From assembly GCA_034669905.1 (NCBI GenBank), contig JAXMOL010000001.1, forward strand, positions 64,001 through 128,000: a DNA stretch of 64,000 bases, in the 5' to 3' direction. A model generated the notes under the pieces. That model did not search any database. It was not told where the DNA came from and saw nothing but the letters and a program-made list of their open reading frames with translations. This document shows, one piece after another, positions 10,934-22,287 of this stretch (the stretch's first letter is position 1; each line of letters starts with the position of its first letter). Source of the stretch: Candidatus Hydrogenedentota bacterium (GTDB lineage: Bacteria; Hydrogenedentota; Hydrogenedentia; Hydrogenedentales; JAEUWI01). Position numbers and translations under genes: made by a program.

Positions 10934-12157
10934 TTATCCGAAGTCGTCGTATTCGATCATCTCGTCTTCGACACCCAGGTCATGCAGCATGTTGGTACAC
11001 GCCGTCAACATCATGGGCGGCCCACAGAGGTAGTATTCGATATCCTCTGGTGCCGGGTGATCCTTCAGGTAATTCTCCAACAAGACCTGGTGAATAAAGC
11101 CGGTATAGCCGGTCCAGTTGTCTTCCGGCAGCGGCTCGGAAAGGGCCGTATGCCACGTGAAGTTGGGATTCTCCGCCTGGATGGCATCGAAATCTTCCTG
11201 GTAGAACATCTCACGAAGGCTTCGTGCGCCATACCAGAAGGTGGCCTTCCGGTTGGTCTTAATCCGACGGAACTGGTCGAAGATATGGGAGCGCATGGGC
11301 GCCATACCGGCACCACCACCGATGAAGCACATTTCCCGATCGGTCTCGTGGGCAAAGAATTCACCGAAGGGACCGGAAATGGTGACTTCATCACCGGGCT
11401 TCAGGTTGAAGATGTAGGACGACATGATGCCCGGGGGGATACCCTCAGTCCGCGGCGGCGGGGTAGCCACACGAACGTTGAGCATGATGATGCCCTTTTC
11501 TTCGGGATAGTTGGCCATGGAGTAGGCCCGGGTAACCGTTTCCGGCACCTTGGACTCATACTGCCAGATGTTGAATTTGTCCCAGTCGGGGCGATACTCC
11601 TCCTGCACGTCGAAGTCTTTGTACTTCAATTCGTGGGGCGGACATTCGATCTGGATGTAACCACCCGCACGGAAGGGAACGCTTTCGCCTTCGGGAAGTT
11701 CGAGTACCAGTTCCTTAATGAAGGTCGCCACGTTGTCATTCGAGCGCACTTTACATTTCCACTTGCGCACGCTGAAGACTTCGGCCGGGATCTCGATGGA
11801 CATGTCATTCTTGACCTTGACCTGGCACGAGAGACGGCAGCCTTCTTTGGCTTCGCCGCGATTAATCCAGCCTTCTTCCGTGGAGAGCATGGAGCCACCG
11901 CCTTCTTTGACGTTGACCTTACATACCCCACAGCTGCCCTTACCACCACACGCGGAAGGAATGAAGATCTTATTGGCAGCCAGTGTTCCAAGCAACGTGC
12001 CACCTGCCGGGGTCGTAATGGCAGAATCGGGATCACCGTTAATGGTGATGCTCACGTCCCCTGAGGCCACAAGTTTGGCCTTGGCCGCCAGCACTACCGC
12101 GACGAGCGATAGAATGACGGCGCAGAACATTATCACACCCATGATAATGGTAGTCAT
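10934..12157 (-). CDS. nqrF: Na+-translocating NADH:quinone reductase subunit F
   Basis: 2Fe-2S motif [35 protein letters not shown]-terminal DDFG. Confidence 0.97.
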   Translation of the reverse strand: MTTIIMGVIMFCAVILSLVAVVLAAKAKLVASGDVSITINGDPDSAITTPAGGTLLGTLAANKIFIPSACGGKGSCGVCKVNVKEGGGSMLSTEEGWINRGEAKEGCRLSCQVKVKNDMSIEIPAEVFSVRKWKCKVRSNDNVATFIKELVLELPEGESVPFRAGGYIQIECPPHELKYKDFDVQEEYRPDWDKFNIWQYESKVPETVTRAYSMANYPEEKGIIMLNVRVATPPPRTEGIPPGIMSSYIFNLKPGDEVTISGPFGEFFAHETDREMCFIGGGAGMAPMRSHIFDQFRRIKTNRKATFWYGARSLREMFYQEDFDAIQAENPNFTWHTALSEPLPEDNWTGYTGFIHQVLLENYLKDHPAPEDIEYYLCGPPMMLTACTNMLHDLGVEDEMIEYDDFG

Positions 12158-12195
12158 CCGGTGTACTCCTTAGCGTCGAGTCGCTTCAATCAGTC

Positions 12196-12813
12196 TTAAA
12201 GTTGTATACCAGAGAACGCCATGAAACCAATGGCCATCAATCCGGTGAGGAGAAAGGTAATACCCAGACCACGCAGGCCAGGGGGAACATTGCTGTAGCG
12301 CATTTTTTCGCGAATAGCGGCGAGGGCCGTAATGGCCAGCAGCCAGCCCACACCCGAGCCCAGCCCGAAGGTGATGCTCTCGCCGAAGTTGTAGTCGCGC
12401 TCCACCATGAAGAGGGAAGCCCCCAGAATGGCGCAGTTTACGGCGATGAGCGGAAGGAAAATTCCGAGGGACGCATACAGCGCCGGCACGAAGCGGTCGA
12501 GCACCATCTCTACAATCTGAACCATGGCGGCAATGGTGCCAATAAAGGTCAGGAAGGAGAGGAAGCTCAAGTCGACCTCGGCCAGATCTGCGCTAATCCA
12601 GCCCATCGCACCCGGTGCGAGGAACATGGTGTAAATGGCATTGTTCAGCGGCACCGTAATGCCCAAGACAAAGACCACGGCACAACCTAAGCCGAAGGCG
12701 GCGTCCACTTTCTTGGAGCAACCCAGAAAGGTACACATGCCGAGGAAGAAGGCCAGGGCCATATTCTCGATGAAGGCCGAGGTGGTGAAAATACTCAGGT
12801 GATGTTCAATCAT
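12196..12813 (-). CDS. nqrE: Na+-NQR subunit E
   Basis: [33 protein letters not shown] end. Confidence 0.96.
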   Translation of the reverse strand: MIEHHLSIFTTSAFIENMALAFFLGMCTFLGCSKKVDAAFGLGCAVVFVLGITVPLNNAIYTMFLAPGAMGWISADLAEVDLSFLSFLTFIGTIAAMVQIVEMVLDRFVPALYASLGIFLPLIAVNCAILGASLFMVERDYNFGESITFGLGSGVGWLLAITALAAIREKMRYSNVPPGLRGLGITFLLTGLMAIGFMAFSGIQL

Positions 12814-12817
12814 AGTC

Positions 12818-13447
12818 TCAGCTTTCCTCGATCTGTTCAGGCTTCCAGGTGCGCACGGCCCAGATGAAGAAGCCAATCAGGAAGAAGGCACCCGGGGACA
12901 GCACCATCAGGCCGTTGGTTGTATACCAACCCCCACTGGTAACCGGCGAGAGGATGGTCACACCGAAGAGGCTACCGGAGCCGAAGAGTTCGCGGAAGAA
13001 CGCGACAATCATCAGAACCAGGCTGTAGCCCACACCGTTACCGAATCCATCCAAGGCGCTCATGTAAGGGCCATTCTGCATGGCATAGCCTTCGGCACGG
13101 CCCATAACGATACAGTTGGTAATAATGAGGCCCACGAATACCGAGAGCTGCTTGCTGATTTCGAAGAGATAGGCCTTCAAGATCTGGTCGGTCAGAATCA
13201 CGAAGGTCGCGATAACCGAAAGCTGCACGATAATGCGGATAGAGGGCGGAATGTTGTTGCGCAACAGACTGACCACGAGGGAGGAGCAGGTGGTGACCGC
13301 AATCACCGCCAGGCACATCACAAAGGCCGTTTCCATTTTGGTGGTGACCGCCAGTGCCGAACAAATCCCCAGCACCTGAAGGGCAATCGGGTTGTTGTTG
13401 AACAGGGGGTCGAGAACTGTCTCGCGTTCTTTCTTACCGAATTGCAT
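12818..13447 (-). CDS. nqrD: Na+-NQR subunit D
   Basis: [37 protein letters not shown]. Confidence 0.96.
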   Translation of the reverse strand: MQFGKKERETVLDPLFNNNPIALQVLGICSALAVTTKMETAFVMCLAVIAVTTCSSLVVSLLRNNIPPSIRIIVQLSVIATFVILTDQILKAYLFEISKQLSVFVGLIITNCIVMGRAEGYAMQNGPYMSALDGFGNGVGYSLVLMIVAFFRELFGSGSLFGVTILSPVTSGGWYTTNGLMVLSPGAFFLIGFFIWAVRTWKPEQIEES

Positions 13448-13449
13448 GG

Positions 13450-14214
13450 TTACACGCTCCCGTTTTCACGAAATGACTTCAGATACGGACCGAAACCCTC
13501 GTCACCCATCCAGAATTGCAGCATATTGGTGACGCCACGGCTCGTAATGGTGGCACCACTGAGTCCGTTCACGCTGTAGGGGTCATTTTCCGGGGATTCT
13601 GCGGCGCCCTTGATAACCTGGATGGCCACATCCCAGTCTTCGTCGTATACTTTGCGGTCGGGCCAATAGCTCTTCCAAACGGGATTGTCTACTTCACCAC
13701 CGAGACCAGGAGTCTCTTTGTGGCTGTAGTAAGTAATACCGCGGACCGTCGTGGTATCGGCGCTCAGGGCGAGGAAGCCGTAGAGCGTACCCCACAGACC
13801 CTTCCCGGAAATGGGCAGGACCAGCATATCGACTTTGCCGTCTTTTTCCACCTGGTAAATCTTGACCAACTCAGGCACTTCGGAGAGTTGGGCCTCGTTA
13901 CCGGGCACCTTCATGAGCGGTGCTTCTTCCTGGGCAAAAACCTGGGGATCAACGTCTTCCGCATAGGTGTCGGTGGTCAGATCCACGACCTTGGGGGTAA
14001 TGGTCGCGAAAAGCTCCTGCACCTTTTCCGGCGTAACACTCTCGCCCGCGGTGATAATCCGACAGGCCTGGAGGACGCTCTTCTGCTTATCAAGCTGCTG
14101 ATTGGTTTCCTGACGCTCTTTCAGCGCCACCGCCGCCACAGAAAGCAGGACGGAGCAGATGAGGCACAAGGTCAGGGAAAAGAAGTAGGTATATTTCGTG
14201 CTAAACTGCTGCAT
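13450..14214 (-). CDS. nqrC: Na+-NQR subunit C
   Basis: [20 protein letters not shown]-attachment motif SGATITS. Confidence 0.95.
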   Translation of the reverse strand: MQQFSTKYTYFFSLTLCLICSVLLSVAAVALKERQETNQQLDKQKSVLQACRIITAGESVTPEKVQELFATITPKVVDLTTDTYAEDVDPQVFAQEEAPLMKVPGNEAQLSEVPELVKIYQVEKDGKVDMLVLPISGKGLWGTLYGFLALSADTTTVRGITYYSHKETPGLGGEVDNPVWKSYWPDRKVYDEDWDVAIQVIKGAAESPENDPYSVNGLSGATITSRGVTNMLQFWMGDEGFGPYLKSFRENGSV

Positions 14215-15454
14215 GGCGTGCCATCCTTCTCTTGATGTTCGAGCGCTTGGCCATCCAATCGAGCAGACCCGAGAACATGTTCATGAAGAGGATGGCCAGC
14301 ATCATGCCCTCCGGGAACGCGGGGTTGACGACACGAATCAGAATGGCGAATACGCCGATAAGCAAACCGTAGATGAGCCGTCCGCGATCGGTGTAGGGCG
14401 CGGAGACGGGGTCGGTGGCCATGAAGACCAGTCCAAAGGCCCAACCACCCAAGACCATCTGCCAGTGGAAGGGCATATTCATGAGGGCGTTGGTTTCGGA
14501 GCCAATAGCATTGAGGCCGAGGGTCGTGAGATAGCTACCGACCAGCACACCCAGCATCACCCGCCAGGAGCCGATACCCGTCATAATCAGGATACCCGCG
14601 CCAATGATACAGGCCAGGGCCGACGTCTCACCCATGGAACCGGGCACCTTCCCGAGGAAGGCATCGAGCCAGGTAATATCCAGTCCCGTCAGGGCGCTCT
14701 TCCAGGCGTCGGTTGCGGCAGGGTCGGCTACACCGGCCACCGCACCCAGGGCCGTCGCGCCACTGAAGCCGTCGACCTGATTAGAAGCGGTTACCGCCGT
14801 CCAGACCTTGTCCCCGGAAATCTGCGCCGGGTAGGCGAAGAAGAGGAAGGCGCGGGCGGTCAGGGCCGGGTTGAAGATGTTCATCCCGGTGCCACCGAAG
14901 ATTTCCTTCCCGATAATCACCCCGAAAGTAATGCCCAGGGCCACCTGCCAAAGGGGAATCGTCGGGGGAAGAATCAGGGGGAAGAGCATGCCGGTGACGA
15001 GGAAACCCTCGTTCACTTCGTGTTTTCGAATGACGGCAAAGAGTACCTCGATATGACCACCCACCACGAAGGTGACGATCAAGACCGGCAGGTAATAAAG
15101 CGCGCCGTGAAAAATACAGGCCAGGGGGTTGGCGGGGTTGTAGCCAATACCGAGCACATTAATGAGCCAGCCACGGAGCCCTTCGGCGGACATTCCGTCG
15201 CCCAGTGCGGCGTTGGCCTGGTAGCCCGTGTTGTACATGGCCACGAGAATGCAGGGGATCAGGGCGAAGACGACGGTAATCATCATCCGCTTCAGGTCCA
15301 GGGCATCCCGCACGTGCGACGCGCCGTGGGTAACTTCACCCGGCGTGAACATGGCCGTGTCGTGGGCCTCATAGAGGGGATAGAGCCGCTCCAGCTTGCC
15401 ACCTTTGTGGAAGAGGGGCTCGAATTTATCGTGTATTTCGCGAAGGAATTTCAT
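14201..15454 (-). CDS. nqrB: Na+-NQR subunit B
   Basis: [23 protein letters not shown] motif [14 protein letters not shown]. Confidence 0.96.
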   Translation of the reverse strand: MKFLREIHDKFEPLFHKGGKLERLYPLYEAHDTAMFTPGEVTHGASHVRDALDLKRMMITVVFALIPCILVAMYNTGYQANAALGDGMSAEGLRGWLINVLGIGYNPANPLACIFHGALYYLPVLIVTFVVGGHIEVLFAVIRKHEVNEGFLVTGMLFPLILPPTIPLWQVALGITFGVIIGKEIFGGTGMNIFNPALTARAFLFFAYPAQISGDKVWTAVTASNQVDGFSGATALGAVAGVADPAATDAWKSALTGLDITWLDAFLGKVPGSMGETSALACIIGAGILIMTGIGSWRVMLGVLVGSYLTTLGLNAIGSETNALMNMPFHWQMVLGGWAFGLVFMATDPVSAPYTDRGRLIYGLLIGVFAILIRVVNPAFPEGMMLAILFMNMFSGLLDWMAKRSNIKRRMARHAAV

Positions 15455-15466
15455 AGACGGACCGCT

Positions 15467-16828
15467 TTATCCTTCTTTTGCTATCGTGGTCAGGTTGCGA
15501 CGGAGGAGGGGACCGAATTCGTACTTGCTGGGACACACAAAGGTGCACAGGGCAAGGTCTTCTTCATCCAGTTCCAGGCAGCCAAGCTCTTCGGCGCTCT
15601 CCAGGTCATCCACGGCCAGGGAGCGCAGGAGCTCGGTGGGCAGGATGTCGAAGGGCGTGACCTTTTCGTAACTGCCAATGGGCACCATGGCCCGGGCACC
15701 ACCGTTGGTCGTGGTCGTCATGGCAAACTTTTTCTCGGGAATGAAGCTGGAGATAAAGGCACCGACCACCGAGAATTTCTCGAGACCCGGCTCAAGCCAG
15801 CCCATGAATACCCGTTCGCGGTTTTCTTCCAGCACGCTCACCTGATGGTGGTAGCGGCCAAGATAGCCGTGAATGTCGCCCATGGCCTTCCGACCGGAAA
15901 GCACCGAGCCGGAAACGACCCGAATTTCACCGTCAGCCACTTCCCCAGCCGTTAATTCGTCAAGGGAAACACCCTGACGCACCTTGAGGAGGCGGGGCTG
16001 ATTGACCGCAGGACCCGCCAGTGAGATAACCCGTTCGGTATCCAGGGTGCCGGCGCGGAAAAGCTGCCCAATGGCGAGCACATCCTGAATTCCCAGATAC
16101 CAGCAGGTCCGATGGTGGCCTACGGGCGCCAGGGTATGAATGTGGAAGCCCGGGTTGCCCGCCGGATGGGGCCCCTGAAACTCTTCAATGAAGGCTTCGG
16201 CGTTACCGGTGGGGTGTACCTGGCTCTTCGGCGACTTGCAAAAATGCACGTTACCGTCGGTCAGGGCCCGAATCGCAGCAATACCCGCATCCAGGTCGAC
16301 TTGACGATCTCCCACGACCACATCGATATCGGCCGCCAGCGGATTGGTATCCATGGCGGTGATAAAGATGGCATAGGGCGAGGAGTCCAGTGCGGGCACC
16401 TTGCTGAAGGGCCGTGTACGGAAAGCGGTCCAGAGTCCCGATTCCACCAACAGGGCCTGAACGCCACTGCGATCGTAACTGGAAATGTCCTGGCCGGTGT
16501 AGGCCTCAAAATCAACCGCCGCATCGGGGTCGTTCTGGTCCAGTTCAATCACGAGGGTCTGGAATGCGCGACGTTCGCCACGATTCAGCGCCACGATGGT
16601 GCCGGCTCCGGGTGCCGTAAAGCGTACTCCGGGGGTCTTTTTGTCTTCAAAAAGACATTGCCCGCGTTTAACCGTGTCCCCGACCTGCACCTGGAAGGCC
16701 GGCTTCATGCCAATGTAGTCATCAGCCACGATTGCAATGCGTTTGGGGGAAGGTCCAGATCCGATTACCTGCTCCGGCGCACCGGTGATAGGCAGATCCA
16801 GCCCCTTCGTTGATACATGTAAGGCCAT
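15467..16828 (-). CDS. nqrA: Na+-NQR subunit A
   Basis: KGLDLPITG, RTRPFS, MDTNPLA, GPHPAG, LELDEEDLALCTFVCPSK. Confidence 0.96.
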   Translation of the reverse strand: MALHVSTKGLDLPITGAPEQVIGSGPSPKRIAIVADDYIGMKPAFQVQVGDTVKRGQCLFEDKKTPGVRFTAPGAGTIVALNRGERRAFQTLVIELDQNDPDAAVDFEAYTGQDISSYDRSGVQALLVESGLWTAFRTRPFSKVPALDSSPYAIFITAMDTNPLAADIDVVVGDRQVDLDAGIAAIRALTDGNVHFCKSPKSQVHPTGNAEAFIEEFQGPHPAGNPGFHIHTLAPVGHHRTCWYLGIQDVLAIGQLFRAGTLDTERVISLAGPAVNQPRLLKVRQGVSLDELTAGEVADGEIRVVSGSVLSGRKAMGDIHGYLGRYHHQVSVLEENRERVFMGWLEPGLEKFSVVGAFISSFIPEKKFAMTTTTNGGARAMVPIGSYEKVTPFDILPTELLRSLAVDDLESAEELGCLELDEEDLALCTFVCPSKYEFGPLLRRNLTTIAKEG

Positions 16829-17034
16829 ACGTCGTTCCCGTTGTGGGTCTGTATCAATCTCGAACGAACAGACTAGCGTAAAGAGAGAATTGGCACCGTC
16901 GGAAAGGCAGATAGCACGGTCCCAACACGATGCAAAACAGCCTGATTATGCCACAGCATGCCGGGAGCAAACAAGCCAAACCGGCGAAAAAGCACCTGCC
17001 TCCACGGCAACGCCCCCGAACGGCCCGGAAATCG

Positions 17035-17178
17035 CTACGTCTCGGAGACCACATCTTCCTTCACGACCGCCCCGGGCAGGGTCATCGTGTGGGGCCACAT
17101 CTTGCGCCCGGGATAAATAGACGTATTAATGCCCGTGTGCACGCCGTCAGCAATGATGGCACCCAGCTTGCGCCGCCC
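17035..17178 (-). pseudogene. orphan duplicate of the 3' end of the GlmU-like gene
   Basis: 43 codons (17050-17178) encode exactly the same peptide as 18261-18389 (GRRKLGAIIADGVHTGINTSIYPGRKMWPHTMTLPGAVVKEDV), then VSET-stop. Confidence 0.88.
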
Positions 17179-17198
17179 ACAGCCCCGGGAATCGCCAC

Positions 17199-18227
17199 TC
17201 AGATTTCGAGTGATTCGCGCATGAAATCCATAAACATCCAGCAATCCGGGGGCTCCATGCCGCCCAGGAGGGCGTAGCCATTCAAAGCTCCCAAGGCGGG
17301 CACCCCCCATCTCCCCCCGCTGAACACAGGCGGCGCTTCCACTTCCCCCCACGCGGAGCCTTCTTCCACCGTCCGGAGATAAATTCGTCGCGTCGCGCTC
17401 GCCACCATAAACATAGTCCCCGACATCGGGGGAAGCACTAGCACGTCGGCGGCGGGCTCACTTCCCGTCTGGGCCAACAGGGCCCTGCCATTCTCCCCGG
17501 TTTTTCCACCCAACTCCGAGAAATACCATTCCACCAACAGGGGCAACGACTCGCCGGACGTATCGAGCTCCGCCAGGAGCATCGGATATATCTCTACTCC
17601 AATACCTGCGCCCATCCAATCGTGGTCATAGACCTCCCCCGCCCGACGCAAGGCCCGCTCATGGAGTATCCGGTCTAAGACTTGATGGGTCGTATCCAGC
17701 ATGGTGCGCCGCTCTTCCGCCGTACCATGAACGGCCGCATGCAGCAGGGTGGCAAATCGGGGATCTTGTAGTAAGTATCGTTGGACATCTTCGACAAGAG
17801 GGCCCCGTGATTGAAGGCGCGCGAACGCGTCCGCTGGCATCAGCGTGTGGGCCTTTCGGAGAAGCGTTTCGACGGTTTCTGACTCCAGCTCCTCGAGAAG
17901 GGCAGCCCGTTCTTCGGGGTACCGCGCTATCGCCTCCAGCACGGCCCGCTCCATGTCATTCTTCGGTGCTGGCCGTGGTGGGGGAACGGGGGGCGACTCC
18001 AGCACCAGCCAGGGTTCCGGACCCGATTCCGGTCTGTCTATCGGTTTCGCTTCGGGCTCACGACGTCCTGACTCTCCTGAGTGAGGCGGCAATGGGTGGG
18101 GAGTCACTTCGGGCACCACGGGTTGCCGCCCGGGCGACACTGCCCACTCGGAAGACCGCGACAGATAGTACCCCCCTGCCGCGAGTACGCTGGCTATGAT
18201 TAGCAGGCCCGCTATAATTCGACCCAT
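17199..18227 (-). CDS. hypothetical membrane-anchored protein
   Basis: 342-aa ORF with an N-terminal hydrophobic helix, Pro-rich linker and AGGA upstream; no family recognised. Confidence 0.7.
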   Translation of the reverse strand: MGRIIAGLLIIASVLAAGGYYLSRSSEWAVSPGRQPVVPEVTPHPLPPHSGESGRREPEAKPIDRPESGPEPWLVLESPPVPPPRPAPKNDMERAVLEAIARYPEERAALLEELESETVETLLRKAHTLMPADAFARLQSRGPLVEDVQRYLLQDPRFATLLHAAVHGTAEERRTMLDTTHQVLDRILHERALRRAGEVYDHDWMGAGIGVEIYPMLLAELDTSGESLPLLVEWYFSELGGKTGENGRALLAQTGSEPAADVLVLPPMSGTMFMVASATRRIYLRTVEEGSAWGEVEAPPVFSGGRWGVPALGALNGYALLGGMEPPDCWMFMDFMRESLEI

Positions 18228-18251
18228 AAATCCTGGTCCCTTACCCTGTGG

Positions 18252-19448
18252 CTATTCGAGCACGTCTTCCTTCACCACCGCTCCCGGAAGGGTCATGGTG
18301 TGGGGCCACATCTTCCGTCCCGGGTAAATGGAGGTGTTAATACCCGTGTGCACGCCGTCGGCAATGATGGCACCCAGTTTTCGCCGTCCTGTGTCGACGA
18401 GTTCCTCCTTAATCTGACTGCGGTGATTTTTTCCATCATGCCGGAAATTGGCGGTGATGGTGCCACAGCCCAGATTGGCCTTTTCGCCAATGACGCTGTC
18501 GCCCACGTAGCTCAGATGGGGCACGGCGGACCCGGCCATGAGTATACTATTCTTTACCTCGCTCCCCTGCCCCACCTTGGCACCGTTACCAAGCACCGTG
18601 CCGGGCCGGAGGTAGCAGTTGGGACCCACGGTGCAGCCTTCGCCGATCATGACGGGCCCTTCGATATAGACGCCGGGACGAATGACGGAGCCTGCGCCCA
18701 CGTAAAGAGGCCCCTTAACCTCGGCCTTGTCACTCACTTCACCATGAATTTCACTGGTCATGTGGTTGTCGAGCATATAGGCGTTGGCATCAAGAAGGTG
18801 CCAGGGATAGCCAATGGGAAGCCAGTACCCTTCGGCAGTGACCACCTTAAAGCTGCCCTGTTCGGCCAGGGTCTGGATAGCGGACGTAATTTCAATTTCA
18901 CCCCGCTCCGAAAGGGGTGTGTGGGCCAGCACCTCAAATACCTCGGGCGTAAACTTATAGGCCCCGATATTGGCGAGGTTGGAGAAGACTTCTTTGGGCT
19001 TTTCCACGAGGCGGACGACATTGTCATTATCATCGACTTCATAGATGCCATATAGCCGGGGGTCATCCACGACCTTGGCGAGGGCGGCCTGGTCGTGGGA
19101 GGCAAGCCGCGCAAAGTCTTCGGGCGCATAAAGATCGTCGCCATTAAAGGCCATGAAAGGCGCATCGATAAGGTCGGCGCACTGCAGGAGGGCGTGACCC
19201 GTACCTTTTTGCTCCTTTTGCTCCACATAGACCATTTTCCGGCCATTGTATTCGGTGCCCATGGTCTCGCGAATCATGTCCTGACGATAGCCCACGATGG
19301 CGATGACCGTATCCACCGAGTCAGGCAGGGCATCAATCTGGTGGGCCATGATGGTCTTGTTGGCAATAGGCAGCAACGGCTTGGGCCGCGTCAGGGTGAG
19401 GGGATAGGTCCGGGTCGATTTACCGGCGGCAAAAATAACAGCATTCAT
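18252..19448 (-). CDS. glmU: bifunctional sugar-1-phosphate nucleotidylyltransferase/acetyltransferase (archaeal-type GlmU-like)
   Basis: AAGKSTRTYPLT.TRPKPLLP, ERGEIEIT, hexapeptide repeats, HLSYVGDS, TGRRKLG. Start MNAVIF follows GGAG. Confidence 0.82.
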   Translation of the reverse strand: MNAVIFAAGKSTRTYPLTLTRPKPLLPIANKTIMAHQIDALPDSVDTVIAIVGYRQDMIRETMGTEYNGRKMVYVEQKEQKGTGHALLQCADLIDAPFMAFNGDDLYAPEDFARLASHDQAALAKVVDDPRLYGIYEVDDNDNVVRLVEKPKEVFSNLANIGAYKFTPEVFEVLAHTPLSERGEIEITSAIQTLAEQGSFKVVTAEGYWLPIGYPWHLLDANAYMLDNHMTSEIHGEVSDKAEVKGPLYVGAGSVIRPGVYIEGPVMIGEGCTVGPNCYLRPGTVLGNGAKVGQGSEVKNSILMAGSAVPHLSYVGDSVIGEKANLGCGTITANFRHDGKNHRSQIKEELVDTGRRKLGAIIADGVHTGINTSIYPGRKMWPHTMTLPGAVVKEDVLE

Positions 19449-19686
19449 CAAGACACACTCCAATAGATTCAGCCAATCGCCTGCAGTGCAGGAGGCCCTG
19501 CAGCATGCTGACCCGGATGAGGGGGACCCCAAGGGACGGAAGACGGCACAGCAATTGAACATCGATTTTGAATAGTCACAGGAAAGGGGTATGATAACCG
19601 TAACGTGGCTGGTCAAGCTAGGTCGTGCATGCTACAGGACGCGTCTACGGGGTACCCGTGCGCCTGAACGACCGAAAGGAAAGACC

Positions 19687-21003
19687 ATGCTCACCACCTT
19701 GCTCGTTGCCCTCTCCCCCCTTTACCTCCTCAATGCCCCCTATGAGCCCACATGGGAATCTCTCGACGCCCGGCCTAATCCGACGTGGTTTACGGACGCC
19801 AAGTTCGGGATCTTCATCCATTGGGGCGTCTATGCGGTGCCCGCCTGGGGGCCGAAGGAACGTTATTCCGAATGGTACTGGCACGACCTCATCAAGGGCG
19901 ACGGCCAGACCAAGGCCTTCCACGAGGCCACCTACGGCGAAGACTTCAAGTACCAGGACTTCGCGCCCCAGTTTCGCGCGGAACTCTTCGAGCCGGCCCA
20001 GTGGGCGGATACCTTCAAGCGCTCAGGGGCCAAATACGTGGTGCTGACGTCGAAGCACCACGAAGGCTTCTGCCTCTGGCCCAATCCCCAGGCGTGGAAC
20101 TGGAACTCCGTGGACATTGGCCCCCACCGCGATCTCGCGGGCGATTTGACCGGCGCCGTCCGGGAGGCGGGACTGAAGATGGGCTTCTACTATTCCATGT
20201 ATGAATGGTTCAATCCCCTCTACAACTCCGACGTGGACCGCTATGTGGACGAGTACATGCTGCCCCAGATGAAGGATCTCGTCGAACGCTACCAGCCCGA
20301 CCTCATCTGGCCCGACGGAGAGTGGGGCCACCCGAGCAGCACGTGGCGCAGTACGGAATTCCTCGCCTGGCTCTTTAACGAGAGCAAGGCCCCCAAGGAT
20401 GTGGTCATCAACGACCGTTGGGGTAAGGAGTGCCGCAATGTGCACGGTGGATTCGCCACACCGGAGTATGGGCACATTCCTGACGGCAGGCTCATCCAGC
20501 GGGGCGACTTTGAAGAGTGCCAGGGCATGGGCCGCTCCTTTGGCTACAATCGCAACGAAACGGCCGACAACTACCGCAGCACCGAGAAATTGCTCCACCT
20601 CCTCATCGGCAATGTAAGCCGGGGCGGAAACCTTCTCCTCGACATCGGACCTACCGCCGACGGGCGCATCCCGGTCGTGATGGAACAACGCCTCCTCGAA
20701 ATGGGCGAATGGCTGGCCGTGAACGGTGACGCCATCTACGGCACCCGCAAGCCAGACGAAGCGCCCGAAATGGACACGGTAAAATTCACGCAAAAAGGGG
20801 ACGTCCTCTATGCCATCAGTCTCCAATGGCCCGGCAAGACCCTCACCCTGCCGCTGGAAAAGAAGGTGAGCCACGTCACCCTGCTCGGCCACGAAGGCGA
20901 CGTGCCCTTCACGCAAGAAGGCGGCACCCTGCGCATCGACGTCCCCCAACTCACCATCGACCAACTGCCCTGCCTGCACGCGTGGAGTTTCAAGCTGGAA
21001 TAA
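19687..21003 (+). CDS. alpha-L-fucosidase (GH29)
   Basis: WF.DAKFGIFIHWG, SEWY, LTSKHHEGF, WPDG nucleophile motif, INDRW, GGNLLLDIGP; signal peptide. Confidence 0.93.
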   Translation: MLTTLLVALSPLYLLNAPYEPTWESLDARPNPTWFTDAKFGIFIHWGVYAVPAWGPKERYSEWYWHDLIKGDGQTKAFHEATYGEDFKYQDFAPQFRAELFEPAQWADTFKRSGAKYVVLTSKHHEGFCLWPNPQAWNWNSVDIGPHRDLAGDLTGAVREAGLKMGFYYSMYEWFNPLYNSDVDRYVDEYMLPQMKDLVERYQPDLIWPDGEWGHPSSTWRSTEFLAWLFNESKAPKDVVINDRWGKECRNVHGGFATPEYGHIPDGRLIQRGDFEECQGMGRSFGYNRNETADNYRSTEKLLHLLIGNVSRGGNLLLDIGPTADGRIPVVMEQRLLEMGEWLAVNGDAIYGTRKPDEAPEMDTVKFTQKGDVLYAISLQWPGKTLTLPLEKKVSHVTLLGHEGDVPFTQEGGTLRIDVPQLTIDQLPCLHAWSFKLE

Positions 21004-21031
21004 CCCTCATCACGAAACGTGCTCCGCAAAG

Positions 21032-21062
21032 AAAACGGGCACCTTGACGTCAAGGTGCCCGT
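21032..21062 (-). terminator. intrinsic terminator between convergent genes
   Basis: Perfect 28-bp palindrome ACGGGCACCTTGACGTCAAGGTGCCCGT (21035-21062), followed by a T-run on the minus strand. Confidence 0.7.
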
Positions 21063-21118
21063 GGGAACGCGGCGGCGAACGGCGTGATTTTCTACTTTAC
21101 AGGGTTAGTGGTCTGGCC

Positions 21119-22045
21119 TTATTGCCAGAGCAGATCATCTTTGAACAGGGCCCAAGCCTTGCTGTAGGGACCATCGGAGGGGTACTTGCGGAATTCGACG
21201 TGTCCGTCCATATAGAGCACGTTGCCACCACCCGGGATATGATTCATCCACTCCGGGTTCTGGTAGTTATAATCGTCATACATGACAAAGATGTTGCTCT
21301 GCGCTTTGGCGCTCGCACCGGGGTTGTTGATATCGGTAATAAAGAAGCGCTCCATCCCTTCGCGAAGACGGTGGATGACGACCTCTTCCCCAGAGCCGAG
21401 GGTTGCTTCAATGGACTCATCGAAAAGACTATGGCCCGTAAGGGTAGTTTGTTCGGCCGCAGGGGGATCGGCGTCGCCGCCACCGTCGAAGGCATGGTTG
21501 GTATCAAAATCATTGAAGTGGGCAGTCGTCGCATTGCTCACCCCCATGTCGAGATCACCGGGCACATTGACGGCATTCACGTCGACACCCGCCGGCACCA
21601 GCCATTTTTCATCGAAGGCCCAGCCATGGTAGATGTAGGACAGGCCGTCGATTTCGCAGGGAGCAATCGGGTTCGCCGGGTCACCGCCCACGTTCCACCG
21701 TCCCTCGGATACTTTTATCCCATCCGAATCGGACGGGCACACCAGGACCTGGACATCCGTCAGGTATTCGGGGTAGATGGACGTACCGTCGATCTGCCAG
21801 GGGGCCATATCCCATTCGGAGCAGAAGTCCTTGTCGTATTTTCCACAGCTCGGAAAAAGATTTCCGTTGGACTCGTTGGCGTACATCTTCATGACGACGC
21901 CCATCTGTTTGAGGTTGTTCTGGCAACTCGTGCGCCGGGCCGCTTCACGTGCGCGGGCAAGAGCGGGGAGCAGGATGGCTGCCAGGATGCCAATGATCGC
22001 AATAACGACCAGGAGTTCGATAAGGGTAAAACCTTTTTTGTGCAT
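21119..22045 (-). CDS. prepilin-type N-methylation domain protein, DUF1559 / H-X9-DG C-terminal motif
   Basis: [33 protein letters not shown]-terminal [17 protein letters not shown]. Confidence 0.92.
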   Translation of the reverse strand: MHKKGFTLIELLVVIAIIGILAAILLPALARAREAARRTSCQNNLKQMGVVMKMYANESNGNLFPSCGKYDKDFCSEWDMAPWQIDGTSIYPEYLTDVQVLVCPSDSDGIKVSEGRWNVGGDPANPIAPCEIDGLSYIYHGWAFDEKWLVPAGVDVNAVNVPGDLDMGVSNATTAHFNDFDTNHAFDGGGDADPPAAEQTTLTGHSLFDESIEATLGSGEEVVIHRLREGMERFFITDINNPGASAKAQSNIFVMYDDYNYQNPEWMNHIPGGGNVLYMDGHVEFRKYPSDGPYSKAWALFKDDLLWQ

Positions 22046-22287
22046 TGGGGTACTTCTCCATAGAAAATTGACGAGCTCGCCAGAAATGTGTTCCATGACC
22101 GAAGTCTATCCACCCCACATTGCACGCCAATTATTGAGACGTTAGGATTTCACAAGCACCCTTATATCATATATTTTTATGTTTTCTTATCTATATTCAC
22201 CAGTTACATAATACGCAATTAGAATTCCGACATGAAAACTCCAAAACGGCAACACCGAGCAAGGCAGGGAAACAACATTGGAAGTGG

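Noticed and set aside
14198..15955. Long antisense ORFs (also 10706-12064, 32117-33592, 38993-40423, 52911-54731, 63096-63992)
   Set aside because: Shadow frames opposite well-supported genes, expected in GC-rich DNA.
17035..17352. 105-aa ORF as a real gene
   Set aside because: The N-terminal half is an alternate frame of the neighbouring hypothetical gene; only the glmU remnant is meaningful.
17035..18389. Diversity-generating retroelement TR/VR pair
   Set aside because: Differences are not adenine-restricted (e.g. GTC/GTG, CCC/CCG), all are synonymous, and no reverse transcriptase is in the window.
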